Assembly (NCBI GenBank): GCA_963693095.2
Contig: OY843768.1
Coordinates: 960,001-1,024,000 of the forward strand
Length of the DNA stretch: 64,000 nt
DNA from: Cenarchaeum sp.
Lineage (GTDB): Archaea > Thermoproteota > Nitrososphaeria > Nitrososphaerales > Nitrosopumilaceae
Direction of reading: 5' to 3'
Position numbers and translations under genes: made by a program. Of the stretch, positions 9,852 through 21,333 are shown in pieces (position 1 is the stretch's first letter; the number at the start of each line of letters is the position of its first letter). The notes under the pieces are model-generated. The model saw nothing but the letters and a program-made list of their open reading frames with translations. It had not been told where the DNA came from and ran no database searches.

Positions 9852-11141
9852 TTAGGGGCGCTCACGCCTGAGCAGGACCCCAATGTCGGCCAAGTTTGTT
9901 CCCGTGGGGCCTGTCACCACAAGGCCGCCGTGGCGCGCAAATATTGAGTTAGAGTCGTTCTGGCGCAAGAGTGCGGCAATCTCGGCCTTTCTTGCGGTTC
10001 TAGTGCCGGCAAGCGCGCCGGCTGCGCGCGTGTTGCCGTCAATCCCGTCAGTGCCAACAGAGGCCGCAACTGCGCCCCGCCCAAGACCGCACATGAGCAG
10101 GCGCGCGACGAGCTCCTGGTTGCGTCCTCCCCTGCCCCGCCCGCGAACCCTGACTGTCGGCTCGCCGCCAAACACCACGCATGACATTGGATCATCGCGC
10201 AGCATGGCAGCTAGCCGACGCGCAACGGCAGACACGTCGCCATACGAGTCAGCAGTGCGCACCGAGTACCCAAGCGATCTCGCCTTTTTTGCCATTGCGC
10301 CAACACAGTCCGCGTTTGATGCGACCACGACGTGTGGAATTCGCCGCACACCACGGCAGGGACTCACACTGGCATCCATGCCGGCGCGCAGCGTCTTGGC
10401 GACTGTGCGCGGAACGCGCGAGAGCACACGATGGCGCCTCAGCACGGCGATCGCGTCGGCAAACGTGGTCCTGTCTGCCATGGTGCATCCAGATGACACG
10501 TCGGCGGGATCGTCGCCCCTGACATCTGACATCACAAGGGCCGCCCCGTCACATGCCATGCCACGAACCAGCCCGCCGCCCTTTATTCGCGAGAGGCGCC
10601 GGCGGACACAGTTTATCTCCCCAATCGTCGCGCCAGACTCGAGGAGAACCCTAGTGGTCTGCGCCTTGTCCTCAAGGCTCACGCCGTCAGGGGCCGCCAG
10701 CATCGCCGAGCCGCCGCCGGACACCAAAAAGATCGCATAGTCGCCCCTGCGCAGCGACGAGACGCGCTCGAGGAGGGCGCGCGCGGCCGCAACGCTGCGC
10801 CGTGTCGGCAGCGGGTGGCTAGAGCGGACTATGCGGTAGCGCGAGGTGTCCAGGCGCGGGCTCGGCGAGCCGGGCGGAACAATGACGATCCCGTCACTGA
10901 CCACGGCGCCTGCGTCGGCGGCCTCGGCCATGGAGCCTGCTGCCTTGCCATAGGCGATGACGCAGACGCGGCGATACGCCGACAGGCGCACGATCCGGTG
11001 CCCGAGGCGCAGGACATTGCCAGAAATGGCCGCAGTTGTGCGCGCGTGCGCGTCGGCGGCGGCAAGGCCTGCCCCGATCACCCCCATGGCGTCAGCTGCC
11101 GGACCCGCAGAACCAGTCGCACCCCGCAGGACTGCCCTCAT
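9852..11141 (-). CDS. Glycerate kinase type 2 (TtuD/MOFRL family)
   Basis: YGKAAGSMA, FLVSGGGSA, IKGGGL, GGRNQEL, GTDGIDG, TGPTGTNLAD. Confidence 0.9.
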   Translation of the reverse strand: MRAVLRGATGSAGPAADAMGVIGAGLAAADAHARTTAAISGNVLRLGHRIVRLSAYRRVCVIAYGKAAGSMAEAADAGAVVSDGIVIVPPGSPSPRLDTSRYRIVRSSHPLPTRRSVAAARALLERVSSLRRGDYAIFLVSGGGSAMLAAPDGVSLEDKAQTTRVLLESGATIGEINCVRRRLSRIKGGGLVRGMACDGAALVMSDVRGDDPADVSSGCTMADRTTFADAIAVLRRHRVLSRVPRTVAKTLRAGMDASVSPCRGVRRIPHVVVASNADCVGAMAKKARSLGYSVRTADSYGDVSAVARRLAAMLRDDPMSCVVFGGEPTVRVRGRGRGGRNQELVARLLMCGLGRGAVAASVGTDGIDGNTRAAGALAGTRTARKAEIAALLRQNDSNSIFARHGGLVVTGPTGTNLADIGVLLRRERP

Positions 11142-11192
11142 GTGGCAACTAGGCACCCAAGATATAATAATGAACGTTTGGGGGGTGCTGCC

Positions 11193-12137
11193 ATGCACGG
11201 GGTCTTGATCCCAAAGTCGATAAAGTTCGGCGAGGACGCGCTAGGGCAGGCCGAGTACCCAAAGGGGGCGCTCATCGTGACCACTGCGCCGCCAGAGCTG
11301 TCAGGCAAGTGGATATCGAGGATGGGAATACAGGACTATTCGCTCTTTGACAAGGTCACCCCCGAGCCGTCAATCGACGACGTAAAGTCCGTGATCGCCG
11401 AGTATTCTGAAAAGAGGCCGTCTGCGCTCATCGGCCTCGGCGGCGGCAGCTCACTCGACGTAGTAAAGTACGCGAGCAAGGAGATGGACCTGCCAAAGAT
11501 ACTCATACCCACAACGTTTGGAACCGGTGCCGAGATGACCACGTATTGCGTCCTAAAGTTTGACGGCAAGAAAAAGCTACTTCGCGATGACGCGTTCCTA
11601 GCCGACATGGCAGTGATAGACTCGTACTTTATGGACGGCACGCCCGAGCGGATAATAAACAACTCTGTGTGTGACGCGTGCGCACAGGCGACAGAGGGCT
11701 ATGACAGCAAGCTCGGAAACGAGTTTACCAGGATGTTCTGCGAAAAGGCGTTTGACATACTCTATGGCGCGATAATGGAGGGCAGGCGCGAGGACTATCC
11801 GTACGGCTCGATGCTCTCAGGAATCGGCTTTGGCAACTGTTCTACGACACTGGGCCATGCGCTCTCGTACGTGTTCTCAAACGAGGGTGTCCCCCACGGA
11901 TATTCGCTCTCATCATGTACCACAGTGGCGCACAAGCACAACAAGTCAAAGTTTTATGGGCGCTTCAAGGAGGTCGTCGAAAAGCTCGGCTTTGACAAGC
12001 TCGACCTAAAGGCCGACGTCTCAGAGGCCGCCGACACCGTAATGACTGACAGGGGCCACCTCGACCCCAACCCGATCCCCATATCAAAGGATGACGTGAT
12101 AAGGTGCCTCGAGGACATAAAGGCCGGCAGCCTCTAG
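11193..12137 (+). CDS. Iron-containing alcohol dehydrogenase; probable malonic semialdehyde reductase (3HP/4HB cycle)
   Basis: GLGGGSSLD, PTTFGTGAEMT, GHALSY..HG; closely resembles N. maritimus Nmar_1110 as recalled. Confidence 0.85.
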   Translation: MHGVLIPKSIKFGEDALGQAEYPKGALIVTTAPPELSGKWISRMGIQDYSLFDKVTPEPSIDDVKSVIAEYSEKRPSALIGLGGGSSLDVVKYASKEMDLPKILIPTTFGTGAEMTTYCVLKFDGKKKLLRDDAFLADMAVIDSYFMDGTPERIINNSVCDACAQATEGYDSKLGNEFTRMFCEKAFDILYGAIMEGRREDYPYGSMLSGIGFGNCSTTLGHALSYVFSNEGVPHGYSLSSCTTVAHKHNKSKFYGRFKEVVEKLGFDKLDLKADVSEAADTVMTDRGHLDPNPIPISKDDVIRCLEDIKAGSL

Positions 12138-12228
12138 GGGCATTTAGCGCCATGACCTGTGAGCGGCCGCATCTCGCGCGTGAAAAGCCAACTAGACTTA
12201 TTTACCGCCGATATGGGAGCGTGCAACG

Positions 12229-13338
12229 TTGGCAAAGCTAAAGTTTGGCATACAGAACGGCCTAAACGTCGCGCGTGCCGGATATTCTGAAGACCAGATA
12301 TTCACGGCGTGCATACTAGCCGACAGGGTCGGCTATGACTCGATTTGGTACATGGACCACACCAACGTGCCACAGTGGTCAAACGCCGTCGTCCTGGATC
12401 CATGGGTCATGCTGCCGGCGATAGCCGCCCAGACGCGCCATGTCGAGCTCGGCACATGCGTGACTGATGCGATAAGGCGCCACCCGTCAAACATCGCGCT
12501 TGCGACAATAACGCTTGACCGCATATCCAACGGGCGCGGCGTCCTCGGAATCGGGGCCGGCGAGGCCCAGAACCTCAAGGAGTTTTGCATCCCGTTTGAA
12601 AAGCCCGTCTCAAAGTGGGAGGAGCAGATACAGGTCATACGCAAGCTCTTCGAGTCATCACCGGAGAACCGCGTGAGCTATGAGGGCACGCACTACAAGC
12701 TAGAGGAGGCGTGCCTACAGGCCGCGCCCATAACAAAGCCGCACCCGCCGATATACATGGCAGCCGGCGGACAGCGCACGCTTAGAATGTGCGGCAAGTA
12801 CGGTGACGGCTGGCTCCCGATAGGGTACACGCCGGAGCTCTTTGCAGACCATGCGGGCGTGATCAAAAAGTCAATGGCCGACAATGGTCGTGATGGCCAG
12901 AACTTTCAGTTTGCGCTTGACATTGACGTGTACTTTTCAGAGGATGCCGAGGCGTCATGGGCAAAGATGAAGGAGGCCATAAAGGTGAGCCTCTTCAAGC
13001 CCGAGATACTTCGAGTCCACAACATAAAGGGCGTAGAGGGCTTTGACTTTAAGAAATACTTTACCGAGTATTCGATGTCAAACCAGGAATGGATTGTAAA
13101 GATGCGCGAGGCCGCAACAAACATTCCCGACAACATTGCGCGCTCGTCAGTTGCAGTCGGAACGCCCGAGGACATCATACCCGTGTTTGAAAAGTTCATC
13201 AAGGCCGGAGTCAACCACTTTGTAATACGGTTCTGGGGCTCCAACTATTTCGGCAGCATTGACAAGTTTGCAAGCTCTGTCATGCCGTACCTGCACGAGA
13301 CGTCTGAGTCGAGCAGGACGTTCTTTAGGGGAATCTGA
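12229..13338 (+). CDS. LLM-class flavin/F420-dependent oxidoreductase
   Basis: GYDSIWYMDH, LDRISNGRGVLGIGAGE, PPIYMAAGG, YGDGWLP. Confidence 0.88.
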   Translation: MAKLKFGIQNGLNVARAGYSEDQIFTACILADRVGYDSIWYMDHTNVPQWSNAVVLDPWVMLPAIAAQTRHVELGTCVTDAIRRHPSNIALATITLDRISNGRGVLGIGAGEAQNLKEFCIPFEKPVSKWEEQIQVIRKLFESSPENRVSYEGTHYKLEEACLQAAPITKPHPPIYMAAGGQRTLRMCGKYGDGWLPIGYTPELFADHAGVIKKSMADNGRDGQNFQFALDIDVYFSEDAEASWAKMKEAIKVSLFKPEILRVHNIKGVEGFDFKKYFTEYSMSNQEWIVKMREAATNIPDNIARSSVAVGTPEDIIPVFEKFIKAGVNHFVIRFWGSNYFGSIDKFASSVMPYLHETSESSRTFFRGI

Positions 13339-13340
13339 GC

Positions 13341-13973
13341 GTGCAGCTTCTCGGGCGCCTCGAGATAAAGAGCGCCCGCAGGATTGCAGAGTTTTTGGAC
13401 GCCGAGCACACTGGTCGCCTAGCCACAGTCGACGGGGACGGCCACCCGCAGGTCATACCGATGAACTTTGCGCTCCTTGATGGCTCGATATACATGCATT
13501 CGCACACAAGGGGCGAAAAGCTCGACAATATCAGGCGCGATGCGCGCGTGGGCTTTGAGGTGGATCGCGAGTACGCGTTTTTGCCCTCGTACTTTGAGGA
13601 CGAGCATGACGCCTCGGTTGCCGACACGCTGTATGCGAGCGTGGTCATAAAGGGGACAGCCTCGATAGTCGAGGACGAGGGAGAAAAGTGCGGCGCGCTC
13701 AATGCGCTCATGGCAAAGTACCAGCCCGAGGGCCGCTATGATCGAGTAAAGCCCGGCGATGACGTCCTGCGCGCAGTCGCCGTGATAAGGGTGGTCCCCT
13801 CATCGATGCGCGGCAAGTACAAGATTGGCCAAAACATCAAGGCCGCCGAGCGCGCCGAGCTTGCGCGCAAGATTCTAGAGCGCAGTGGTCCGGATGCGCA
13901 CGAGACGCTGCGCGTCATGGGCTTTGAGGTTCGCGACGGCAGGGCGCACATGGTCGAGGAGCCCGAGTGGTAG
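13341..13973 (+). CDS. Pyridoxamine 5'-phosphate oxidase-like flavin-binding protein
   Basis: GRLATVD..GHPQVIPMNF, GEKLDNIRRD.RVGFEVD, YASVVIKG. Confidence 0.85.
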   Translation: MQLLGRLEIKSARRIAEFLDAEHTGRLATVDGDGHPQVIPMNFALLDGSIYMHSHTRGEKLDNIRRDARVGFEVDREYAFLPSYFEDEHDASVADTLYASVVIKGTASIVEDEGEKCGALNALMAKYQPEGRYDRVKPGDDVLRAVAVIRVVPSSMRGKYKIGQNIKAAERAELARKILERSGPDAHETLRVMGFEVRDGRAHMVEEPEW

Positions 13974-14124
13974 ACTGCCCACAGGGGCCGGCATGGCCGG
14001 AACCGGGGCACGCCAATTTGGCCATCCACGGGATCGCACTCATCGGAGCTCCAAAATGGCCGCACGTGTGGCGCACATGGCCAGGGCGCAGTAGGGGCGT
14101 GCGCCACGGTTTAAATCATGATTT

Positions 14125-16098
14125 TTGTGCGACCCCGTAGAGTTGCAGCGGCAGGCACAGTCCATCGAGATCTCCTCAACATTTGAGCCCGCAGGGGACC
14201 AGCCCGAGGCCATAGAGGAGCTTGCGCGCGGTGTGCGCGAGGGACGGTCCGCGCAGACGCTACTAGGCGTGACTGGCAGCGGCAAGACGTTCACCATAGC
14301 CAACGTCATTGCGCGATCCGGACGAAGTGCGCTAGTCGTCTCGCATAACAAGACGCTCGCCGCGCAGCTCTATGCGGAGCTAAAGCAGTTCTTTCCAAAG
14401 AGCAATGTCGGGTATTTCATATCATACTATGACTATTACCAGCCCGAGAGCTATATTCCGCAGACTGACACGTACATTGAAAAGGACACGCAGGTGAACG
14501 AAAAGATCGAAAAGATGCGCCTCGAGGCCACCGCGATGCTCCTTTCAGGAGAGCCGACCATAATCGTCGCAACAGTCTCGTGCATATACTCGCTGGGCAA
14601 TCCGTCGGACTGGAAGGACATGTCGATACACCTTGCCACAGGAGACGAGCCCGGTCGGAGGGAGCTCGTGCGAAGGCTCATTGCGGCAAGATACGAGCGC
14701 AACGACACAGAGCTAGCACCGGGCCGGTTTCGCGTAAAGGGCGACACTGTCGATGTCATACCCGCATATTCGACAGACATTGTCAGGATGTCGCTCTTTG
14801 GGGACGAGGTCGAGTCGATCACGCTGCGCGATCCCGTCTCACTTGACCAAAAGCGCAGTCTCGACTCGATTCGCATATTTCCCGCAAAGCACTACCTTAT
14901 CGCCGAGGACGTGCGTGAGCGCGCAATACGTGACATTCGCTCAGAGCTGGCCACGCGCCTGCCAGAGCTTGCAGAGCTTGAGAGGCAGCGCCTCGAGATG
15001 CGCACAAAGTATGACCTAGAGATGATCGAGGAGCTCGGATACTGCTCGGGAATCGAGAACTATTCACGCCACTTTGACGGAAGAAAGGCCGGCGAGCAGG
15101 CGTTTTGCCTGATGGACTTTTTTGGGCCGGGGTTTTTGCTAGTTATAGACGAGTCCCACGTCACGCTGCCGCAGCTCCACGGCATGGCAGCCGGTGACCG
15201 GTCGCGCAAAGACCAGCTCGTAAAGTATGGGTTTAGGCTGCCAAGCGCGTATGACAACCGCCCTCTAGTCTTTGACGAGTTTGAAAAGTACATGAAGGAC
15301 ACGATATTCGTCTCAGCCACGCCAGGCGAATACGAGCGCGGGCGCTCGGCGCGCATTGTCGAGCAGCTCGTGCGCCCGACTGGCCTGCTAGACCCCACAG
15401 TCGAGGTTCGCAAGACGGCCGGCCAGATGGACGATCTAGTCACCGAGATACGCGCGCGCACAGAGGCCGGCGAGCGCACGCTAGTGACCACGCTCACAAA
15501 GCGCATGGCCGAGGATCTCGCCGAGTACCTCTCAAAGGAGCAAGTCAAGGTCCGCTATATGCACTCGGAGATCGAGGGCCTGCAGAGGACAGAGCTCATA
15601 CGGCAGCTTCGCATGGGCGAGTTTGACGTCCTAGTCGGCATAAACCTCCTGCGCGAGGGCCTTGACATACCCGAAGTCTCCCTCGTGGCAATAATGGATG
15701 CAGACAAGGAGGGGTTTTTGCGCAACGTGACTAGCCTGATACAGACGTTTGGGCGCGCCGCACGCAACACGTCAGGTGCTGTCATAATGTATGCAGACCG
15801 CATGACGCGCTCGATGAACGCGGCGATCGCCGAGACGAACCGCAGGAGGGAGAGACAGGCCGAGCACAACAAAAAACACGGCATAGTCCCGCAGACGATA
15901 GTAAAGGCCGTGCCCGAGCAGGCCGCATCGCTTGATGACACTAGGCACCGCTCGGCACACGATCTGGCCACCGAGGTCATCAAGCTCGAGGCGCGCATGA
16001 AGGAGTGCGCCGCGGACCTTGACTTTGAGGGCGCGATCGAGTGCCGCGAGCGCATAAAGGCCATACAAAAGGAGGTTGACAGAAAGGATGGCGCATGA
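14125..16098 (+). CDS. uvrB: Excinuclease ABC subunit B
   Basis: [36 protein letters not shown]. Confidence 0.97.
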   Translation: MCDPVELQRQAQSIEISSTFEPAGDQPEAIEELARGVREGRSAQTLLGVTGSGKTFTIANVIARSGRSALVVSHNKTLAAQLYAELKQFFPKSNVGYFISYYDYYQPESYIPQTDTYIEKDTQVNEKIEKMRLEATAMLLSGEPTIIVATVSCIYSLGNPSDWKDMSIHLATGDEPGRRELVRRLIAARYERNDTELAPGRFRVKGDTVDVIPAYSTDIVRMSLFGDEVESITLRDPVSLDQKRSLDSIRIFPAKHYLIAEDVRERAIRDIRSELATRLPELAELERQRLEMRTKYDLEMIEELGYCSGIENYSRHFDGRKAGEQAFCLMDFFGPGFLLVIDESHVTLPQLHGMAAGDRSRKDQLVKYGFRLPSAYDNRPLVFDEFEKYMKDTIFVSATPGEYERGRSARIVEQLVRPTGLLDPTVEVRKTAGQMDDLVTEIRARTEAGERTLVTTLTKRMAEDLAEYLSKEQVKVRYMHSEIEGLQRTELIRQLRMGEFDVLVGINLLREGLDIPEVSLVAIMDADKEGFLRNVTSLIQTFGRAARNTSGAVIMYADRMTRSMNAAIAETNRRRERQAEHNKKHGIVPQTIVKAVPEQAASLDDTRHRSAHDLATEVIKLEARMKECAADLDFEGAIECRERIKAIQKEVDRKDGA

Positions 16099-18904
16099 CA
16101 TGCTGCGCGTGCGCGGCGCACGCCACCACAACCTAAAGAACGTCAGCGTCGACATACCAAAGGGCAGGCTCGTCGTCATAAGCGGCCTGTCTGGCTCTGG
16201 CAAGTCAACGCTCGCATTTGACACGATATACGCCGAGGGCCAGCGCCGCTATGTCGAGTCGCTCTCCGCATATGCGCGGCAGTTCCTCGAGATGATGGAC
16301 AAGCCCGATGTCGACTCGATAGAGGGCCTGTCACCGGCAATATCAATACAGCAAAAGACGACGAGCAAGAACCCGCGCTCCACTGTGGGCACGACGACAG
16401 AGATATACGACTATTTGCGCCTCCTCTACGCTAGGATTGGCGAGCCGCACTGCTCCGAGTGCGGAAGGCCCATAACGACACAGTCGGCTGACACCATCTG
16501 TGACACGGTTCTCGGCGAGTTTGCCTCAAAAAAGACCATTGTTCTCGCGCCGCTCGTGCGGCGCAAAAAGGGCACGCACGAAAAGGTCTTCGCGCAGGCC
16601 CGCCGTGACGGCTATTCGCGCGTGCGCGTCGACGGCGAGGTCATTGGCCTTGACGGCGAGATCAAGTCACTTGACCGCCAAAAGTGGCACAATATCGAGA
16701 TAGTCGTTGACCGCCTGGTCGCCTCGCCACAGGAGCGCTCGCGCCTCTTTGAGGCCATACAGGCGGCACTAAAGGCGTCCCACGGGTATGTCATTGTGGC
16801 GGCCACGCCCGGCGGGGAGCGCGTGTTCTCGCAGAGCAACGCGTGCGCACACTGCGGGACGAGCATTGGCGAGCTCGAGCCGCGCACGTTCTCGTTCAAC
16901 TCACCCTTTGGCATGTGCCCAAAGTGCAACGGCCTAGGCGTAAAGATGGAGTTTGATGCCGACCTTGTCATGCCCGACAGGGCACTCTCGCTGCTAGATG
17001 GCGCAATAGTGCCATGGCGCGGCAGGGCATCACCGTTCAAAAAGCAGGCCCTGCGCGCAGTCGGAAAAAAGTTTGGCTTTGACCTCATGACTCCCGTCTC
17101 GCGCCTCACAAAGGCACAGCTTCGCGTCATACTGCATGGGACAGACGACGAGCTAAAGTTTCGCTACACAACGGGAGCCGGTGACACGTGGACATACACT
17201 GACACGTTTGAGGGGGTTTTGCCACAGCTCCAGAGAAGGTTTCACGAGACAGAGTCTGACGCAAAGCGTGACTGGCTAAAGCAGTTCATGCGCGACACCC
17301 CATGCAGCGCGTGTGATGGCAAAAAGCTCCGGCCCGAGGCCCTCGCAGTAAAGGTCGGCAAGAGGGGCATAATGGACGTGTGTGACATGCCAATAGACGA
17401 ATGCCACAAGTTCTTTACGGGGTTGCGCCTCAGCAAGACTGCGCGCCACATTGCGACTGGTGTCCTAAAGGAGATAGTTGAGCGCATAGAGTTTTTGCGC
17501 AATGTCGGGCTAGACTATCTCACGCTAAACCGCCTAAGCTCCACGCTCTCCGGCGGCGAGTCGCAGAGGATACGGCTCGCGACGCAGATAGGCTCAAACC
17601 TGACTGGCGTCCTCTATGTGCTCGACGAGCCGACGATCGGCCTCCACAACCGCGACAATGACAGGCTAATGCGCACGCTGACACGCCTGCGCGACCTCGG
17701 AAACACGGTCATAGTGGTAGAGCATGACGAGGACATGATACGCGGCTCGGACTGGATAATAGACCTCGGGCCGGGCGCCGGCGCGCATGGCGGGAGTGTC
17801 GTCTTTGAGGGCACGTTGGCGCAGATGCTCAACGGCAAGGCCTCAGTCACCGGCCGCTACCTAAAAGACCCAACGCTCATACGCCTCGACAGGCAGGGGC
17901 ACAAGAGACGCGGCACGCTCACCGTTGCCGGTGCTGCCGAGAACAACCTGTGCGGCATCGACGTAGAGTTTCCGCTCGGCCTCCTCGTTGCGGTGACTGG
18001 CGTGTCGGGATCGGGCAAGTCCACGCTGGTCAACGACATACTCTTGAGGGCGCTAAACGCGCAGATATACTCCTCGCGCGAGAGGCCCGGCAAGCACAAG
18101 GCAATCCGCGGCGCGGGCCTAGTCGACAAGGTCATCGCCATAGACCAGTCCCCCATTGGGCGCACGCCGCGCTCAAATCCGGCAACGTACATTGGCGCCT
18201 TTACGCCCATACGCGAGCTCTTTGCGTCAACAGAGCTCTCGCGCGAGCGCGGCTATATGCCAGGACAGTTCTCATTTAACGTCGCCACGGGGCGCTGCTT
18301 TGCGTGCGAGGGCGATGGCGTCAAGCTCATAGAGATGCAGTTCCTCTCAGACGTGCACGTAAAGTGTGACGAGTGCCGAGGTGCGCGCTATAACTCGGAA
18401 ACGCTCTCTGTGCTCTACAAGGGCAAGAACATTGCTGACGTTTTGGCAATGACAGTTGATGAGGCACTCGAGTTCTTTGGAAATGTGCCTGCCATACGAC
18501 GCAAGCTGCAGACGATCCATGATGTCGGCCTCGGCTACATACACCTTGGCCAGTCATCGACGACGCTCTCAGGCGGCGAGGCCCAGCGCGTAAAGCTCGC
18601 ATCAGAGCTCTCAAAGCGCCCCACTGGCCGCACGCTCTACATACTAGACGAGCCGACCACTGGCCTCCATTTTGCCGACGTCGAGAGGCTCCTTGCCATA
18701 CTCGACAGGCTTGCGCGCGGCGGAAACACGGTAATAGTCATAGAGCACAACATGGACGTCATAAAGAACTCTGACTGGATAATAGACCTCGGGCCTGAAG
18801 GCGGCAACAAGGGCGGAAAGGTGATCGCCCAGGGTGAGCCGTCAAGGATTGCAGCCGGTCCAGGCCACACCGCGCGCTATCTTGCGCGCCACATGGGACA
18901 ATGA
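16088..18904 (+). CDS. uvrA: Excinuclease ABC subunit A
   Basis: Two ABC cassettes ([21 protein letters not shown] x2) and Zn fingers. Confidence 0.97.
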   Translation: MAHDMLRVRGARHHNLKNVSVDIPKGRLVVISGLSGSGKSTLAFDTIYAEGQRRYVESLSAYARQFLEMMDKPDVDSIEGLSPAISIQQKTTSKNPRSTVGTTTEIYDYLRLLYARIGEPHCSECGRPITTQSADTICDTVLGEFASKKTIVLAPLVRRKKGTHEKVFAQARRDGYSRVRVDGEVIGLDGEIKSLDRQKWHNIEIVVDRLVASPQERSRLFEAIQAALKASHGYVIVAATPGGERVFSQSNACAHCGTSIGELEPRTFSFNSPFGMCPKCNGLGVKMEFDADLVMPDRALSLLDGAIVPWRGRASPFKKQALRAVGKKFGFDLMTPVSRLTKAQLRVILHGTDDELKFRYTTGAGDTWTYTDTFEGVLPQLQRRFHETESDAKRDWLKQFMRDTPCSACDGKKLRPEALAVKVGKRGIMDVCDMPIDECHKFFTGLRLSKTARHIATGVLKEIVERIEFLRNVGLDYLTLNRLSSTLSGGESQRIRLATQIGSNLTGVLYVLDEPTIGLHNRDNDRLMRTLTRLRDLGNTVIVVEHDEDMIRGSDWIIDLGPGAGAHGGSVVFEGTLAQMLNGKASVTGRYLKDPTLIRLDRQGHKRRGTLTVAGAAENNLCGIDVEFPLGLLVAVTGVSGSGKSTLVNDILLRALNAQIYSSRERPGKHKAIRGAGLVDKVIAIDQSPIGRTPRSNPATYIGAFTPIRELFASTELSRERGYMPGQFSFNVATGRCFACEGDGVKLIEMQFLSDVHVKCDECRGARYNSETLSVLYKGKNIADVLAMTVDEALEFFGNVPAIRRKLQTIHDVGLGYIHLGQSSTTLSGGEAQRVKLASELSKRPTGRTLYILDEPTTGLHFADVERLLAILDRLARGGNTVIVIEHNMDVIKNSDWIIDLGPEGGNKGGKVIAQGEPSRIAAGPGHTARYLARHMGQ

Positions 18905-20511
18905 CAGCAGACGCAAGGGCGGCAGGAGCGCCAGACGGTCCCGGCGTGTACATCATGCACGATGCAGAGGACACCGTGATCTATATCGGCAAGGCAAAGA
19001 ACCTCAAGAACCGCGTCTCGTCATACTTTGTGGGCGCACATGACACAAAGACAGAGCACCTCATCGAAAAGGTCGCCAGGATAGAGTATGTCCTGACGTC
19101 AAGTGACATTGAGGCGTTTCTCCTAGAGTCCAATTTCATAAAGCGATACAGGCCACAGTACAACATTGAGCTAAAGGACCAGCAGCGATACACGTACCTG
19201 CGCATAACGGACGAAAAGTATCCGCGCCTAGCCGTCACGCGGCGCACGCGCAAGGGCGACTTTGTCGGAAAGGGTCGCGTGTACGGGCCGTTCGCGCGCG
19301 GAAGCTCCAAGGTCCTGACGATAGGCTCGCTGCGAAAGGCATTCAAGGTTCGCATATGCAAGACGCTCCCAAAGAGGGCATGCCTGGAGTATCACCTCGG
19401 AAACTGCGATGCGCCATGCGAGTTCGAGGATGCGCAGCGCGAGTACGCAGGCCACATGGATGACCTAAAGGCCGTCCTTCGCGGCGGCGAGGCGGCGCGC
19501 AAGTTTGCCGCACGCCTGCGCTCCGAGATGGAGGAGGCATCGGCATCGCTCCAGTTCGAGCGCGCAATCGGCATACGCGACACGCTAGAGCGCCTCGGGG
19601 CCCTCCATGAGGGCCAGAACGTCGAGCGTCCAGCAACCACGCCTGATGAGGACTATGTCGGGGTGCGCACGGACGACTCTGGGCAGACTGCACTAGTCAT
19701 GACGATGAGGGGGGTTCGCGGCGTCATACGCGACACAGAAAGGTTTGAGTTTGACCTTGTGGCAGACAACACGCTGGCAAGCTTTGTCTACCAGTACTAT
19801 ACGACACGCGAGGTTCCTCGCTATATCGTCGCAAGCGAGGAGCCAGGGGACGCCAGGACGCTAGAGGCCGCGCTAGGCGAGGCGTGTGGCCATGATGTCT
19901 CTGTCGTCGTGCCAAGGAGCGGCAAGAGACGCAATGTCATCGACATGATACTTCGAAGTCTCGATGTCGTGCGGACCGCGCGCCTCGCGCCAGGCCTCGC
20001 CGAGCTGCGTGATGCGCTGGGCATGGCGCGCGCGCCGCGCACGATAGAGTGCTTTGACATATCAAACCACGGCGATGACTATGCCGTAGGCGCAATGTCG
20101 CGCCTCGTTGACGGCGAGCCGGACAGGTCAGGGTACAGGAACTTTCGCATAAGAACGGTCAGTGGACGCGATGACTATGCGATGATAGCCGAGGTAGTTC
20201 GCCGTCGCTACTCGCGCCTAGCTGATGAGGGCGCCGCAATGCCTGACCTTGTGCTAATCGACGGCGGAAAGGGGCAGCTCGGCGCGGCGCTTGGCGCCCT
20301 GGAGGACGTTGGCGTGAGCCTCACGTGCGCGTCGATCGCAAAACGTGAGGAGGAGGTCTTTGTCGCCGGCTCAGACGCGCCACTACGCCTTGACAGGCAT
20401 GGTGCGGCCCTTCACACGCTCCAGCGCGCACGCGATGAGGCGCACAGGATCGGCGTGAGGCACAACCGCAGGCTGCGCGCGCCTAGGACCGCACGACGCG
20501 GCCGCGCCTGA
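18901..20511 (+). CDS. uvrC: Excinuclease ABC subunit C
   Basis: GIY-YIG (GVY..IYIGKAKNLKNRV), IECFDISN, DLVLIDGGKGQ, RDEAHR; lacks the C-terminal HhH. Confidence 0.95.
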   Translation: MTADARAAGAPDGPGVYIMHDAEDTVIYIGKAKNLKNRVSSYFVGAHDTKTEHLIEKVARIEYVLTSSDIEAFLLESNFIKRYRPQYNIELKDQQRYTYLRITDEKYPRLAVTRRTRKGDFVGKGRVYGPFARGSSKVLTIGSLRKAFKVRICKTLPKRACLEYHLGNCDAPCEFEDAQREYAGHMDDLKAVLRGGEAARKFAARLRSEMEEASASLQFERAIGIRDTLERLGALHEGQNVERPATTPDEDYVGVRTDDSGQTALVMTMRGVRGVIRDTERFEFDLVADNTLASFVYQYYTTREVPRYIVASEEPGDARTLEAALGEACGHDVSVVVPRSGKRRNVIDMILRSLDVVRTARLAPGLAELRDALGMARAPRTIECFDISNHGDDYAVGAMSRLVDGEPDRSGYRNFRIRTVSGRDDYAMIAEVVRRRYSRLADEGAAMPDLVLIDGGKGQLGAALGALEDVGVSLTCASIAKREEEVFVAGSDAPLRLDRHGAALHTLQRARDEAHRIGVRHNRRLRAPRTARRGRA

Positions 20512-21121
20512 GGCGAACCCTCCCGTCTGCGACCATCGAGGCGGCCTCGACGTACGCGCGGTGCTCTTGTGCGAGTATCCTCGCAGACAAGGTGTCCTCG
20601 GTGTCACCGTCGAGCACGCGCACTGCGCGCTGCGTGATTATCGGTCCCGTGTCGACACCGCCATCAACAAAGTGTACAGTGCATCCCGTGACGCGAACGC
20701 CACGACTTAGCGCCTGGCGCTGCGCCCCAAGGCCCGGAAACGACGGGAGGAGTGCAGGATGAACGTTGAGAAGGCGCCCCCTGTATGCGGCGACGAGCTC
20801 GGGGCCGACTATGCGCATAAAGCCCGCAAGGCAGACGAGTCCGGCCTGCGGCGTGACGCCGTGGCGCCTCAGCGCAGAGGCCACAAGCCGGTCATACTCG
20901 AGCCGGCTGCCCGAAAAGCCCGCACTCGGCACAGTCTCGGTTCTCACTCCCATCTTGCGCGCGACCTCTAGTCCGCGCGCATCCTCCCTGCTAGATATGA
21001 CGACGCGCGGCTCGGCGCGCATGCGGCCAGACGCGGCGGCGCGGAGGAGCGAGGCCATGTTGCTGCCCCTCCCCGATATGAGCACGGCGAGGCGCATGGG
21101 GCCGCGCGGCGATGATGCCAT
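20483..21121 (-). CDS. purN: Phosphoribosylglycinamide formyltransferase
   Basis: ISGRGSNM, LAGFMRI, NVHPALLPSFPG, GCTVHFVD.GVDTGPII. Confidence 0.95.
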   Translation of the reverse strand: MASSPRGPMRLAVLISGRGSNMASLLRAAASGRMRAEPRVVISSREDARGLEVARKMGVRTETVPSAGFSGSRLEYDRLVASALRRHGVTPQAGLVCLAGFMRIVGPELVAAYRGRLLNVHPALLPSFPGLGAQRQALSRGVRVTGCTVHFVDGGVDTGPIITQRAVRVLDGDTEDTLSARILAQEHRAYVEAASMVADGRVRLRRGRVVRS

Positions 21122-21333
21122 GCCCTATGCCACCTGCCCCGCACGCAGGGCAGCGACCGGCCATCCATGGTGCCCCTGACCCATGGCAGGAGGCGGCCGC
21201 ACGGCGGCATATAACCCTCATTGGGCGCAGCACACGGCTCCGGCCGCACTCCTAGGTCCATATGCCGCACACAACAGGTCAGCTCTGCGTCAATGGTGGA
21301 GTTTATAGCAAATCCACACGGCGTGATCGCCTG